A stretch of 56,883 nucleotides of DNA from Candidatus Eiseniibacteriota bacterium (GTDB taxonomy: Bacteria; Eisenbacteria; RBG-16-71-46): NCBI GenBank assembly GCA_005893225.1, contig VBOT01000052.1, forward strand, positions 1 through 56,883. The letters run 5' to 3'. Of this stretch, positions 9,384-21,159 are shown one piece after another. Within the stretch, counting starts at the first letter, position 1; each line of letters begins with the position of its first letter. Position numbers and translations under genes: made by a program. Under the pieces are notes generated by a model, which was not told the DNA's origin, did not search any database, and saw only the letters and a program-made list of their open reading frames with translations.

Positions 9384-10534
9384 CAGCGCCTCCCCTCTTC
9401 CCCGCTCGGGGCGCCGGCGGCCCGCTCGCGCGCCGCCCGGCGGCCCTGCGACCAGCGCTCCAGGCTGCGCACGATCTTCTCCGCCGCGTCGGGGCGCGCG
9501 AAGCGGCGGGCATTCGCCGACATCTGGGAGAGCGCCTGCCGGTCGCTCAGCCAGTGGGCGATCTCGCGCGCCAGGCGATCGCCGCTGAGCTCGCGATCCA
9601 GGATCATCGCCGCCGCCCCGCGCTCCACCAGGTTGGCGGCGTTCACCGCCTGGTGATCGTGCGCCGCGTACGGGTAGGGCACGAGGATGGCCGGCGTGCC
9701 GCAGCTCGCGATCTCGGCCAGGGTCATGGCGCCGGAGCGGCACACCACCAGGTCGGCGGCCGCGTAGGCCATGTGGATGCGCCGCAGGAAGGGCAGCACG
9801 CGCGCGGGGAGGCCCTCCTGCTCCACCGCTCCCTTGGCCCACTCGAAGTCCTCGCGCCCGGTCTGCAGGATCCATTGCACTTCGACGCGGCCCTTGAGCA
9901 CCTTCATGGCCTCCAGCGCTGCGACGTTGATGCGGTGCGCGCCGCGGCTGCCGCCGAACACGAACACCGTCGGGCGTCCCGGGGTGAGGCCGAACTCGGT
10001 GAGGGCGGTGGCGCGGTCGCCGGAGAGGACGTAGGCCCGCACCGGGTTGCCGCTCACCTTGAGGTTGTCCTTGCGCTTGAAGTAGGAGCGCGCCTCGACG
10101 AACGACAGGTGCACCTCGTCGGCGATGCGGGCGAGCCAGCGGTTGGTGAGCCCGGGGATGCTGTTCTGCTCCTGAAGCAGCAGCGGGCGCGAGAGCAGCC
10201 ACGCCGCGAACGACACCGGGCCGCTCGCGTAGCCGCCAGTACCGAGCACCACGTCGGGGCGCTCGGATCCCACCACCCACCACGCCTGGAAGAAGCCGAT
10301 CAGGTTGGCGAGCACGGCTCCCGGCCAGCGCCACCAGACGCGGCGCGGGAAGCCGCGGGTCAGGATGAAGCGGATGCGGAAGCCGGCCTCGGGCACCGCC
10401 ACCGCCTCGAGGCCGCGACGCCCACCGACGAACACCACCTCGGCGTCGGGGCGGGAGCGCCGCAGCTCCTCCGCCACCGCGATGCCGGGGAACACGTGGC
10501 CGCCGGTGCCGCCGCCCGCGATCATCACCTTCAT
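9383..10534 (-). CDS. murG: Undecaprenyl-PP-MurNAc-pentapeptide GlcNAc transferase
   Basis: GGGTGGHVFP, GGYASGP, EQNSIPGLTN, GNPVR, GGSRGA, RSGAMT, HQAVNA. Confidence 0.97.
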   Translation of the reverse strand: MKVMIAGGGTGGHVFPGIAVAEELRRSRPDAEVVFVGGRRGLEAVAVPEAGFRIRFILTRGFPRRVWWRWPGAVLANLIGFFQAWWVVGSERPDVVLGTGGYASGPVSFAAWLLSRPLLLQEQNSIPGLTNRWLARIADEVHLSFVEARSYFKRKDNLKVSGNPVRAYVLSGDRATALTEFGLTPGRPTVFVFGGSRGAHRINVAALEAMKVLKGRVEVQWILQTGREDFEWAKGAVEQEGLPARVLPFLRRIHMAYAAADLVVCRSGAMTLAEIASCGTPAILVPYPYAAHDHQAVNAANLVERGAAAMILDRELSGDRLAREIAHWLSDRQALSQMSANARRFARPDAAEKIVRSLERWSQGRRAARERAAGAPSGEEGRR

Positions 10535-11664
10535 GTCTTCTCCTGCGACCAGCGGCGGCGCGCCAGCGCCTCCTCCGCCTCGTTCATCGCGCTCACCCGG
10601 TAGAGCAGCCCCGCGGCCGCCAGGTTGGCCACCAGCGCCGAGCCTCCGTAAGAGACGAACGGCAACGGCAGGCCGGTGGTCGGGGCCAGCCCGGTGGCGA
10701 CGGCCAGGTTGACCAGCGCGTAGAGCCCGATCTGGATGGTGAGCCCGCCGGCCAGCAGGAAGGCGAACGGATCGGCGGCGCGCGCCACCGCGCGCAGCCC
10801 GCGCCACAGCAGCAGCCCGATCGTTCCCAGCAGCACCGTGGTGCCGGCGAAGCCCAGCTCCTCCGCGAAGATCGAGTAGATGAAGTCGGTGTGGGCCTCC
10901 GGCAGGAACAGGTACTTCTGGAGCCCGCCGCCCAGGCCCCTGCCGAACCAGCCCCCCGAGCCGATCGCGATCAGCGACTGGTCGAGCTGCCAGCCGGAGC
11001 CGCGCGCGTCGAGGGTGCCGCCGGCGAAGCCGACGAAGCTCTGGAAGCGCTCCATCATGTAGGGGTGGGCGCGCAGCACCACCGCGCCTGCCGCGACGCC
11101 GCCGAGGAGAGGCACGGCGAGATGACGCACCGGGACCCCAGCGAGGAACATCACCCACACCCCGGTCAGCGCGAGCAGCACGGCGCTGCTCAGGTTGGGC
11201 TGCAGCAGGATCAGCCCCGAGAGCCCCGCCACCATGAGGAGCGGGGGAAGGAGGCCGCGGGCGAACCCGAGCTCGGCCGGCGGGCGGCGCTTGAGCCACC
11301 AGGCCAGGAACACCACCGCCGCGAGGCGGGCGAGGTCGGTGGGCTGGATCGAGAAGAGCCCCACGTCGAGCCAGCGCATGGCCCCCTTGGCCACCCGCCC
11401 GATCACCACCACCACCAGGAGCAGGGCCGCCCCGGCGCCCAGCAGCCAGGGCGAGAGCGGCTCGAGCCGGCGGAGCGGGAGGCGGGAGCAGGCGACCATC
11501 GCGATCACCCCCACCCCGGCGCGGATGAGCTGCTTGAACAGGAAGTGATTCGGGTCCTGAAAGCGGGTGATCCCGAGGATGGTGCTGGACGAGTAGACCA
11601 TCACCACGCCGAGCCCGGTGAGCACCAGCGGCAGCGTGAGGAGCCAGCGGTCGCCGCGGTTCAC
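10531..11664 (-). CDS. ftsW: Peptidoglycan polymerase FtsW (SEDS)
   Basis: GVVMVYSSS, GAMRWL, LLQPN, FLPEAHTDFI, LPFVSYGGS; GTG overlaps the murD stop. Confidence 0.95.
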   Translation of the reverse strand: MNRGDRWLLTLPLVLTGLGVVMVYSSSTILGITRFQDPNHFLFKQLIRAGVGVIAMVACSRLPLRRLEPLSPWLLGAGAALLLVVVVIGRVAKGAMRWLDVGLFSIQPTDLARLAAVVFLAWWLKRRPPAELGFARGLLPPLLMVAGLSGLILLQPNLSSAVLLALTGVWVMFLAGVPVRHLAVPLLGGVAAGAVVLRAHPYMMERFQSFVGFAGGTLDARGSGWQLDQSLIAIGSGGWFGRGLGGGLQKYLFLPEAHTDFIYSIFAEELGFAGTTVLLGTIGLLLWRGLRAVARAADPFAFLLAGGLTIQIGLYALVNLAVATGLAPTTGLPLPFVSYGGSALVANLAAAGLLYRVSAMNEAEEALARRRWSQEKT

Positions 11665-13052
11665 GTGCGCGCCTCCTCGGGCTCGAGCCGCCGGACCTCG
11701 GCCTTGAACGCCCGGCCCCGGTCCTCGTAGTCGCGGAACATGTCGAACGACGCGCAACCGGGGGAGAGCAGCACGACCCCCGACCCCGCGGGAGCCCGGC
11801 GCGCCGCCTCGAAGCCCAGGCGCACCGCCTCGGCCAGCGAGGACGCACGGCTCACCGGCACCCCGCGCCAGTCCGCGGCGATCCGCTCCGCGCCCTCGCC
11901 GATCAGCACCGCGGCGCTCACCGAGCGCCGCGCGAGCTCGCGGAGCGGGGTGAAGTCCTGCCCCTTGTCGCGCCCGCCCGCGATCAGCACCACCGGGCTC
12001 GGGAAGCTCCGCAGCGCCACCTCGAGCGAGCCCACGTTGGTGGCCTTGGAGTCGTTCACGAACCGCACCCCGGCGATCGTGGCCACCGGCTCGAGCCGGT
12101 GCTCGAGCCCGCGATAGCGCCGCAGCCCCTCGCGCAGCGTGTCCGGGGCGATCTCGAGCGGCAGCGTGGCGGCCAGGGCGGCGAGCGCGTTCATGAGGTT
12201 GTGCGGGCCCGGGATGCCGAGCTCGCGCGCCGGCATCAGGCGCTCGACGCCGCCGCGCCGCCCGAGCGTGATCTCGCCGTCCTGCGCCCAGGCGCCCTCG
12301 TCCACCTTTCTCTGGGACGAGAACTCGAGCGGCTGCGCCACGCCCACCCGGCGGCGCGTCACCTCGGGATCGTCGGCGTTCCACACCGCGTAGTCGCCCT
12401 CGTCCTGGCGCGCGAACAGCCGCTGCTTGAGCGCGCCGTAGGTGTCGAGGTCGCCGTGCCGGTCGAGGTGATCGGGTCCGAGGTTGAGCCACACCGCCAC
12501 GAACGGCTTGAGACGCGAGACGGTCTCGAGCTGGAAGGACGATACCTCCACCACCAGGAGCCCGGCGGGACCCACGCTCTCGGCCACGTCGCAGATCGGC
12601 CGGCCGATGTTGCCGCACACCTCGACCTCGCGGCCGGCGCCGCGAAGCAGCGCTCCGACGAGGTCGGTGGTGGTGCTCTTGCCGTTGGTGCCGGTCACGC
12701 CGACGAGCGGCGCGTGCGCCGCCAGGAACCCGAGCTCGAGCTCGGAGAGCACCGGCACGGAGCGGGTGCGGGCCGCCGCGGCGAGGGGGTGGCGGTCCGG
12801 GATCCCCGGGCTCCACACCACGAAGTCGCGGCCGTCGAGCGACTCGGGCCGGTCCCCCTCCCACAGCGCCTCCGCCCCGATCTCCTCGAGCACCCTCGCC
12901 GCCTCGGCCAAGGCCGCCCGGGGGCGCGCGTCGCACACCCGCACCTCGAGGCCGTGGCGCCTCAGCAGCCGGGCGGCGGCGAGCCCCGAGCGCGCCGCGC
13001 CCACCACCAGCGGGCGGGTGCCGGGAAGCGGATGGCGGAGATCGATCGTCAT
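11661..13052 (-). CDS. murD: UDP-MurNAc-L-Ala--D-glutamate ligase
   Basis: GAARSG, TGTNGKSTTT, GNIG, EVSSFQLE, DHLDRH, NDSKATN, LLSPGCASFDMF. Confidence 0.97.
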   Translation of the reverse strand: MTIDLRHPLPGTRPLVVGAARSGLAAARLLRRHGLEVRVCDARPRAALAEAARVLEEIGAEALWEGDRPESLDGRDFVVWSPGIPDRHPLAAAARTRSVPVLSELELGFLAAHAPLVGVTGTNGKSTTTDLVGALLRGAGREVEVCGNIGRPICDVAESVGPAGLLVVEVSSFQLETVSRLKPFVAVWLNLGPDHLDRHGDLDTYGALKQRLFARQDEGDYAVWNADDPEVTRRRVGVAQPLEFSSQRKVDEGAWAQDGEITLGRRGGVERLMPARELGIPGPHNLMNALAALAATLPLEIAPDTLREGLRRYRGLEHRLEPVATIAGVRFVNDSKATNVGSLEVALRSFPSPVVLIAGGRDKGQDFTPLRELARRSVSAAVLIGEGAERIAADWRGVPVSRASSLAEAVRLGFEAARRAPAGSGVVLLSPGCASFDMFRDYEDRGRAFKAEVRRLEPEEART

Positions 13053-14146
13053 TGGAGCTTCAACGTCGAGAGCGAGAGCAGGGCGAGCAGCACCCCGACG
13101 ATGTAGAAGCGCAGCACCACTCGCGACTCGGGCCAGCCCATGAGCTCGAAGTGGTGATGCAGGGGCGACATCCGGAACACCCGCCTCCCCCACAGCTTGA
13201 ACGACGCGACCTGGACCATGACCGAGAGCGCCTCGGCGACGAACACCCCGCCGACCAGCACCAGCCAGAACTCCCGCTTGATCAGCACCGCGATCGTGCC
13301 CAGCGCGCCGCCGAGAGCGAGCGATCCGGTATCGCCCATGAACACGTCGGCGGGTGGACAGTTGTACCAGAGGAAGCCGAGCGAGGCACCCAGCACCGCG
13401 GCGCAGAACACGGTCAGCTCGCCCCCGTAGCTCAGGAAGTAGATGTTGAGGTACTCGCTGAACTTGTGATGGCCGCTGAGATAGCACAGCGCGGCGAAGG
13501 TGAGGGCCGCGATCGCCACCAGACCCGAGGCGAGCCCGTCGAGCCCGTCGGTCAGGTTGACGGCGTTCGAGGTCCCGGTGATGACCAGGATCACGAACGG
13601 GATGAACAGGATGCCGAAGTCCACGTAGTGGAACTTGAGGAAGGGCACGTGGGTCCAGGTGGGCGTCAGCCCGAGCCCCGGCTCCGGCCACCGGATGAGG
13701 ATGGCGCCGATCGTGAGCCCGAGCGCCACCTGTCCGGCCAGCTTGTAGCGGCCGAGCAGCCCTTTCGGATAGCCCTTGACGACCCGCAGGTAGTCGTCGA
13801 GGAAGCCGATGCCGCCGAGCCACACGGTGGCGAGGAGCGCGAGCCAGAGCGGGCGCGAGTGGAGGTTGCCCCACAGGATGGACGGCACCACGATCGAGGA
13901 GACGATCAGGATCCCTCCCATGGTCGGCGTGCCGGCCTTGCTCAGGTGGGTCTGGGGGCCCTCGGCGCGCACCTTCTGGCCGAGCTTGACCTGCCTCAGC
14001 CACTCGATCATCGGCGGGCCGACGACGAAGCACACGATCAGGGCGGTGATGGCCGCGTAGGCGGAGCGGAAGGTGATGTACCGGAAGACGTTCAGCGCCG
14101 AGAAGCCGGGTATCGTGTGGAGCGGGTAGACGAATTCGTAGAACAC
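13049..14146 (-). CDS. mraY: Phospho-N-acetylmuramoyl-pentapeptide transferase
   Basis: KAGTPTMGG, GFLDDY, SNAVNLTDGLDGLA, FMGDTGSLALG, PLHHHFE. Confidence 0.97.
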   Translation of the reverse strand: MFYEFVYPLHTIPGFSALNVFRYITFRSAYAAITALIVCFVVGPPMIEWLRQVKLGQKVRAEGPQTHLSKAGTPTMGGILIVSSIVVPSILWGNLHSRPLWLALLATVWLGGIGFLDDYLRVVKGYPKGLLGRYKLAGQVALGLTIGAILIRWPEPGLGLTPTWTHVPFLKFHYVDFGILFIPFVILVITGTSNAVNLTDGLDGLASGLVAIAALTFAALCYLSGHHKFSEYLNIYFLSYGGELTVFCAAVLGASLGFLWYNCPPADVFMGDTGSLALGGALGTIAVLIKREFWLVLVGGVFVAEALSVMVQVASFKLWGRRVFRMSPLHHHFELMGWPESRVVLRFYIVGVLLALLSLSTLKLQ

Positions 14147-14148
14147 GC

Positions 14149-15530
<1,382 letters not shown>

Positions 15531-15534
<4 letters not shown>

Positions 15535-17069
15535 CTCAGCGCTCCCGACCCGCTATCGCGGGTACCCCGGCTCGCGCCGGTACCCCCGCCGGCGGGGGCA
15601 CGCCGGGCGCGCAGCAGCTCGCGCGCCACCGCCCGATCGTCGAAGGGGAGCACGCGGGCGCCGATCGTCTGGGTCGTCTCGTGCCCCTTGCCCGCGATCA
15701 GCACCGCGTCTCCGGGCGCGGCCCGCTCGATCGCTCGCTCGATCGCCGCGCGCCGGTCGAGCTCGACCCCGAGAGAGCCCGGAGGAGCTCCCGCCAGGAT
15801 CTCCGCGGCGATCGACTCCGGCGCCTCGCGGCGCGGGTTGTCGTTCGTCACCCAGGCGTGGTCGCTGGCCTCGGCCGCCACCTTCCCCATCAGCGGGCGC
15901 TTGGCCCGATCGCGATCGCCCCCGCAGCCGAAGACCAGCAGCAGGCGGCCGCGCGCGTGCTCTCGTACCGCCTGGAGAGCGCGCGCGAGCGCGTCGGGCG
16001 TGTGCGCGTAATCCACCAGCACCTCGAATGACTGGCCCTCGTCCACCGGCTCGAGGCGTCCCGGCACTCCGGTCGTCTCCTCGAGCCCTCGCGCGGCCAG
16101 GGCGGGAGCAACCCCGAGGGCGCGCGCCGCGCCGAAGGCGGCCGCCGCGTTCCAGGCATTGTAGCGCCCCAGCAAGGGCAGCGTGACCGGGACCGAATTC
16201 CCCTCGTGGCGGAGCTCGAAGCGCAGCCCGCGAGGGAGCGGCGTGATCGGGCCGATCGTGACGCCGGCGCCCGCGGTGGTCCCGTAGCCCAGCACCGCGA
16301 GGCCGCCCCGCTCCGCGGCGCGCCGCACGTCCGGGCCGCGCGGATCGTCGTCGTTCACCACCGCGGTGGCGCGCTTCAGAGCCCGCGGGTGGTTCCGGCC
16401 GTCGAACAGCCGGAGCTTGGCGTCCAGGTATCGCTCCAGCGTTCCGTGGTAATCGAGGTGATCGTGGCTCAGGTTGGTGAACACCGCGACGTCGCATTCG
16501 AGGCCGTAGCAGCGCTGCTGCTCCAGCGCGTGGCTGCTGAGCTCGATCGCCACGCCCTCGAGACTCCGATCCACGAACTCGCGGAGGAGGCTCTCCAGCT
16601 CGGGAGCCTCGGGGGTGGTGAGCGGCGCGGGCCGCCACTCGGCGCCGAGGCGATAGCCGGTGGTGCCGATCAAGCCGGCTGGAATCCCCGCCGCGCGGAA
16701 GATCGACTCCATGAGGTAGGTCGTGGTGGTCTTGCCGTTAGTGCCCGTGACGCCGACCACCTTGAGCCGTCGCGAGGGGAAGCCGAAGAAGCGGGCCGCG
16801 GCGAGCGCCAGGGTCCGGCGCGGAGCCTCCACCCGCACCAGCGCCCCCGCCTCCGGGGCCGCCTCGCGCGCCGCCACCACCGCGACCGCGCCGGCCGCGA
16901 GCGCCTGGGCGGCGAACGTCCGCCCGTCGCTCCGGAGACCTGGGAGGACGAAGAACAGGTCCCCCCGGCGCACGCGACGCGAGTCGTAGGCCAGGCCGCT
17001 CACCTCCGCCTCGGGGTCGGCCTCGAACCCGACCCCTTCCGTGTCCTCCAGGAGCTCGCGCAGCTTCAC
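15531..17069 (-). CDS. murE: UDP-MurNAc-dipeptide--meso-diaminopimelate ligase
   Basis: TGTNGKTTT, TTPE, FTNLSHDHLDYH, DYAHTPD, FGCGGDRD, DNPR (meso-DAP specificity motif), AGKGHE. Confidence 0.96.
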
Positions 17070-19216
17070 GGCTCCCTGCTCCGCGCCGCCGCGGCGTCCG
17101 GAAGCTCGGCGCCGGCCGGACCGGCGGGGAGCGCCGCCGCGAGGGACGGCTCGCACCACAGCCGGCAAGGGCTCTTGAGCGGGAGCGGCGCGCCCGCCGC
17201 GGGCGACTGGCGCACCACCACTCCGGAGCCCTGGATCCGGGCCGGGACCTCGAGCCGGGTCAGCCGCCGGAGCGCCTCGCGCAGCGGCACGCCGGCGAGG
17301 TCGGGCAGCCGCGCCGCCGAGGAGTCCGCCGGCGGGGAGAGCCACACCGTGACGCTCGCGCCGCGCTCGACCGCCTGGCCGGCGGCCGGTTCCTGGGCGA
17401 GGACGCGCGGCCCCTCCCCGGCCAGGCGCGCCCTCAGCCCGACGTCCGCGAGACGCTGCTCCACCGCCTCGCGCCACAGGAGCCTCAGGTCCGGCACCGT
17501 CACCGGTGCGGGCGCGGGCGGCCTCGCCGCCACCGTGACGGGACCCGAGAGGATCGGGCTTTCCGGCAGTCGAAGCACGTCCAGCACCACCTCCCGGAAG
17601 ACCGGCGCCGCCACCTCGCCGCCGTAGTAGCGGCCGCCGCTCGGTTCGTCGATCACCACCACGCCGACCAGGCAGGGGTCGTCCGCCGGCACGAAGCCGG
17701 CGAACGAGGACAGGTACTTGCCCTTGCCGTAGGTCCCCACGTCCGCGTCGTATTTTTGCGCGGTTCCGGTCTTACCCGCCACCCGGAGCCCGGGGACGCG
17801 GGCGGCCCGCGCGGTGCCGCTGTCGACCACCGCCGTCAGCATCTCGCGCATCAGGCTCATGGTGCTGGCGGTGAACACCCGGTGGGCGGCCTCCGGCGCG
17901 ACGCGTCGCAAGGTGCGCCCCTCGCCGTCGCGGATCTCGCGCACCAGCATCGGGCGCATGAGCACGCCGCCGTTCGCGACCGCGGCGTAGGCGAGCGCGA
18001 GCTGCAGCGGCGTGACCGCAACCTCCTGGCCGATCGCGATGGTGGGACACGAACGCTGCGACCAGCGGGCCGGGCTCCGCAGCTTGCCTCCGGCCTCGCC
18101 CGGGAAGCGCGATCCGGTGAGGCTCCCGAAGCCCAGCGCGGTCGAGTAGCGATACAGCCGATCGGCCCCGAGCCTCAGCCCCAGCTTGCCCATGACGATA
18201 TTGCTCGACCAGCGCACCGCGTCGCGGAAGGTGAAGGCCGGCTGCTTGTGCACGTCGTGGAACACCGCGCCGGGCGCGATCGTCGCCTTGCCGTCCGCGG
18301 CCGCCTCGAACCACTGGTCGGGACGCGCCACTCCTTCTTCCAGCGAGGCGCTCGCCACCACCACCTTGTAGGTGGAGCCGGGCTCGAACTGGTCGGTGAA
18401 GGTCCAGTTGCGGGCGCGCCCCGGAGGCGAGTGCGGGACGTTGGCGGCCGCCAGGATCTCGCCGCTGCGCGGGTCGAGGAACAGCGCGAAGCCGCGCGCC
18501 GCCCGGAGCGTGTCGACCGCCTCCGCCAGATGGTGCTCGACGATCGCCTGGAGGTCGGCATCGAGCGTGAGCACGACCTGGTGCCCGTCCTCGGGACGCC
18601 GCTCCTGCCCCCGCTGGAGCTGGTGGGATCGGCCCCGCCCGTCGCGGAAGAGCGTGGTCCAGCCGGGGCGGCCGCGCAGCTCCTCGTCGCACATGCGCTC
18701 CAGGCCCTCGACCCCGACGTGGTCGATGTTGGTGCAGCCCAGGATCTCCTCGGCGGCGTTCCCGAGCACGTATTCGCGCCGGGTCTCGAGCGCCACGTAG
18801 ACGCCGCGCTGGCCGGCCCGGGCGATGCGCTCGCCGCGATCGGGCGGCACGCGCCGCGCCACCCGCACGAACCACGGCCGCGCCGCGAAGGCGCGCGCGA
18901 GCCGCGCGGGATCGAGGCCGAGGGCGCGCGCCAGAACGCGGGCGGTGGCGCGCGGATCCTTCATCTCGCGCGGGGCCGCCGAGATCGAGTAGGTGAGCAG
19001 GTCGCGCGCCAGCGGCCGGCCCCGCCGGTCGAGCAGCGGGCCGCGCACCGGCTCGAGCAGCACGCGCAGCTCCTGGTTGCGCTCGGCGCGCTCCGCGTAG
19101 TGGGAGTGACGGAAGACCTGGAGCCATGCGGCGCGCGCCCACAGGCACGCGAGACCCAAGAAGAGACCGGCCGCAGCCACCAGCACCCGATTCCTGCGCA
19201 TTTCCCTGTGGGCCAA
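17066..19216 (-). CDS. ftsI: Division transpeptidase FtsI/PBP3 with two C-terminal PASTA domains
   Basis: N-terminal TM, RGPLLDR, SxxK (GSTYK), SxN (SSN), KTG (GKTGTAQ), two (V/L)PDL...QxP PASTA repeats; TTG start after GGAGGAAAGGA. Confidence 0.93.
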   Translation of the reverse strand: MAHREMRRNRVLVAAAGLFLGLACLWARAAWLQVFRHSHYAERAERNQELRVLLEPVRGPLLDRRGRPLARDLLTYSISAAPREMKDPRATARVLARALGLDPARLARAFAARPWFVRVARRVPPDRGERIARAGQRGVYVALETRREYVLGNAAEEILGCTNIDHVGVEGLERMCDEELRGRPGWTTLFRDGRGRSHQLQRGQERRPEDGHQVVLTLDADLQAIVEHHLAEAVDTLRAARGFALFLDPRSGEILAAANVPHSPPGRARNWTFTDQFEPGSTYKVVVASASLEEGVARPDQWFEAAADGKATIAPGAVFHDVHKQPAFTFRDAVRWSSNIVMGKLGLRLGADRLYRYSTALGFGSLTGSRFPGEAGGKLRSPARWSQRSCPTIAIGQEVAVTPLQLALAYAAVANGGVLMRPMLVREIRDGEGRTLRRVAPEAAHRVFTASTMSLMREMLTAVVDSGTARAARVPGLRVAGKTGTAQKYDADVGTYGKGKYLSSFAGFVPADDPCLVGVVVIDEPSGGRYYGGEVAAPVFREVVLDVLRLPESPILSGPVTVAARPPAPAPVTVPDLRLLWREAVEQRLADVGLRARLAGEGPRVLAQEPAAGQAVERGASVTVWLSPPADSSAARLPDLAGVPLREALRRLTRLEVPARIQGSGVVVRQSPAAGAPLPLKSPCRLWCEPSLAAALPAGPAGAELPDAAAARSREP

Positions 19217-19323
19217 ATCCTTTCCTCCCTGGAACGGCGGTTCACGCAGTCCGCCGGGCCGTCACAAGCGCGGTGCGGTGGTGCGGCCGGTCAGGACCGC
19301 ACGCCCGAAGACTCGATGGGGAT

Positions 19324-19761
19324 CTAGTTCACGGCGCGGCTGCGTGCCGTGGCTTCCGGCACCAGGGCGCGCGACGCCCTTTCCGCCCACGCCAGCAGCG
19401 AGACGGGCCGGCCGTCCGCCGCGGTGGGTCGATCGTCCGCCAGGTACTCGGACGGCAGGGCCACGATCTGTTCGGCATCCACGGGCCTGAGCCCGAGCTC
19501 GGCGGCGACCGGGGTGAGCTCGGCACGAGTGCTCTGGCGCTCCAAGGCGGCGCGCAGGAACTCGAGCCGGGCCTCGGCGCGCTGACTGGCGGCGCGCGCC
19601 TGCTCGAGACCCAGGCAGAGCTGGGTGACGCGCGAGGTCTGCCACACCTCGACCAGCAGCATCGCCACGACGGCCGCGGCGTAGAGCCACAATTCGGGTC
19701 TCGGCGTGCGGCCCTCGGGGAGCAACCAGAAGGGGCGGGAACGACGAACGGCGTGCATCAT
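19324..19761 (-). CDS. ftsL: Cell division protein FtsL-like
   Basis: Between rsmH and ftsI; single TM followed by a coiled coil and AAELGL; ATG overlaps the rsmH stop. Confidence 0.7.
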   Translation of the reverse strand: MMHAVRRSRPFWLLPEGRTPRPELWLYAAAVVAMLLVEVWQTSRVTQLCLGLEQARAASQRAEARLEFLRAALERQSTRAELTPVAAELGLRPVDAEQIVALPSEYLADDRPTAADGRPVSLLAWAERASRALVPEATARSRAVN

Positions 19762-20720
19762 GAGGTTCTCCTCCGGAAGGCCCTGAGCCGCGCGCTGCGG
19801 GATCGCGGGTTCGAGGCCCTCTCCACGGACGTCGGGGTTACGACGTGGCGAGTCAGCGTTTCCCACGGCCCCTCGGCGGGCCGCGATGTCGGCAAAGGGG
19901 GCAGGCGGCGCGGCGCGGCCTGGATCCCGCGCAGCGCCTGCTTGATGGTCCGGTCCTCGAGGGAGTGGAAGGCGATGGTCACCACGACGCCGCCCGGGCG
20001 CATCGCCGCGGGCAGCCAGGAGAGCGCCGCCTCGAGCTCCTCCGCCTCCTCGTTCACCCACCGGCGCAGGGCCTGGAACACCTGGGCGAGACGGCGCGGA
20101 TGCGCGCGCCCGCCGAGGCACCTCTCGACGGTCGCGACCAGCGCGCTCGTGGTCTCGAGGCGGCCGGCGCGGGCCGCGCCGGAGATCGCGCGCGCCAGGT
20201 GGGCGGCGCGGGGGACCTCGCCGTGGCGCCGCAGCACCTCCGCCAGCTCGCGCTCTTCCACGCGCTTGAGCGCCTCGGCGGCGGGGGTCCCGGATCCGGG
20301 ATCCATGCGCAGGTCGAGCGGACCCTCGGCCATGAAGCTCATGCCGCGCTCGGGGTCGTCGAGCTGCCGCGACGAGAGGCCGAGGTCGAACAGCGCCCCC
20401 GCGAAGGGCTCGCCCCCGTGACGGCGGTGGATCTCGGGGAGCTGGCGGAAAGAGGCCTGCTCGACGATCACGCGAGCCCCCAGGGTTGCCAGGAGCCCGC
20501 GCGCGTGGGCCACGGCCGCGGGGTCGCGGTCGCAGCCGAGTAGCCGGGCCTCCGGCTCCGCCTCGAGCAGGGCCCGGGCGTGCCCGGCCTCCCCGAGCGT
20601 GGCGTCGAGGTAGAGGCCGGGGCCGTTCCGGAGGAAGCCGAGGGTCTCCTGCAACAGCACCGGTCGATGGCGGCCGGGTGTTTCCACGGCGGTGCTCCCC
20701 GGCTCATGAGGCCCACTCAC
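19758..20720 (-). CDS. rsmH: 16S rRNA m4C1402 methyltransferase
   Basis: HRPVLL, DATLGEAGHA, DLGLSSRQLD, PLDLRMD, FHSLEDR, NPRSRSARLR. Confidence 0.95.
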   Translation of the reverse strand: MSGPHEPGSTAVETPGRHRPVLLQETLGFLRNGPGLYLDATLGEAGHARALLEAEPEARLLGCDRDPAAVAHARGLLATLGARVIVEQASFRQLPEIHRRHGGEPFAGALFDLGLSSRQLDDPERGMSFMAEGPLDLRMDPGSGTPAAEALKRVEERELAEVLRRHGEVPRAAHLARAISGAARAGRLETTSALVATVERCLGGRAHPRRLAQVFQALRRWVNEEAEELEAALSWLPAAMRPGGVVVTIAFHSLEDRTIKQALRGIQAAPRRLPPLPTSRPAEGPWETLTRHVVTPTSVERASNPRSRSARLRAFRRRTS

Positions 20721-21159
20721 GGGTCCGCCGCAACGGCTCGGGGGGGTCCTGCGACTCGGCCGGGGCCGGGGCGAGACGGCCCTCGCACCCGGCGAGGCGC
20801 AAGAGGTCGAGCAGGTGGTGCGAAAGCCCGTCCACGAGGATCCGTCCCGATTGCCGCTCGAAGCGGGCCAGCGCCTCGATCAGGGCCGGTACCTGACGGG
20901 ACTCGATGTCATGGAGGCGCGAGCAGTCCAGATGGAGGCGGCGCACCCCGCGCGCGGCGAGATCGTCGAGCGTTCGCGAGAGGCGCTCCACGGCGATGCG
21001 CTCGAGCCACCCCCGCACCTGGAGCAGCGCCGTCGTCTCGCCGCTCCGCTCGCGCAGCTCGACGCGCGCCGAGGCTCCGTGGCGGGCGTGGTTCAGCTCG
21101 AGATTGAGCGCCAGCGGCACCGCGCCACGTACCCCGTCGGCCTTCGACACCACGATCAC
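20704..21159 (-). CDS. STAS-domain (anti-sigma factor antagonist-like) protein
   Basis: LLQVRGWL...LAARGVRRLHLDCSRLHDIESRQVPALI...GRILVDGLSHHLLDLLRLAG follows the SpoIIAA/STAS pattern; GTG overlaps the mraZ stop. Confidence 0.65.
   Translation of the reverse strand: MIVVSKADGVRGAVPLALNLELNHARHGASARVELRERSGETTALLQVRGWLERIAVERLSRTLDDLAARGVRRLHLDCSRLHDIESRQVPALIEALARFERQSGRILVDGLSHHLLDLLRLAGCEGRLAPAPAESQDPPEPLRRTREWAS

Noticed and set aside
19217-19323. ftsL-ftsI intergenic GC hairpin (GTGCGG...CCGCAC) as an ncRNA
   Set aside because: Short imperfect stem expected by chance at this GC content; no recognisable family features.
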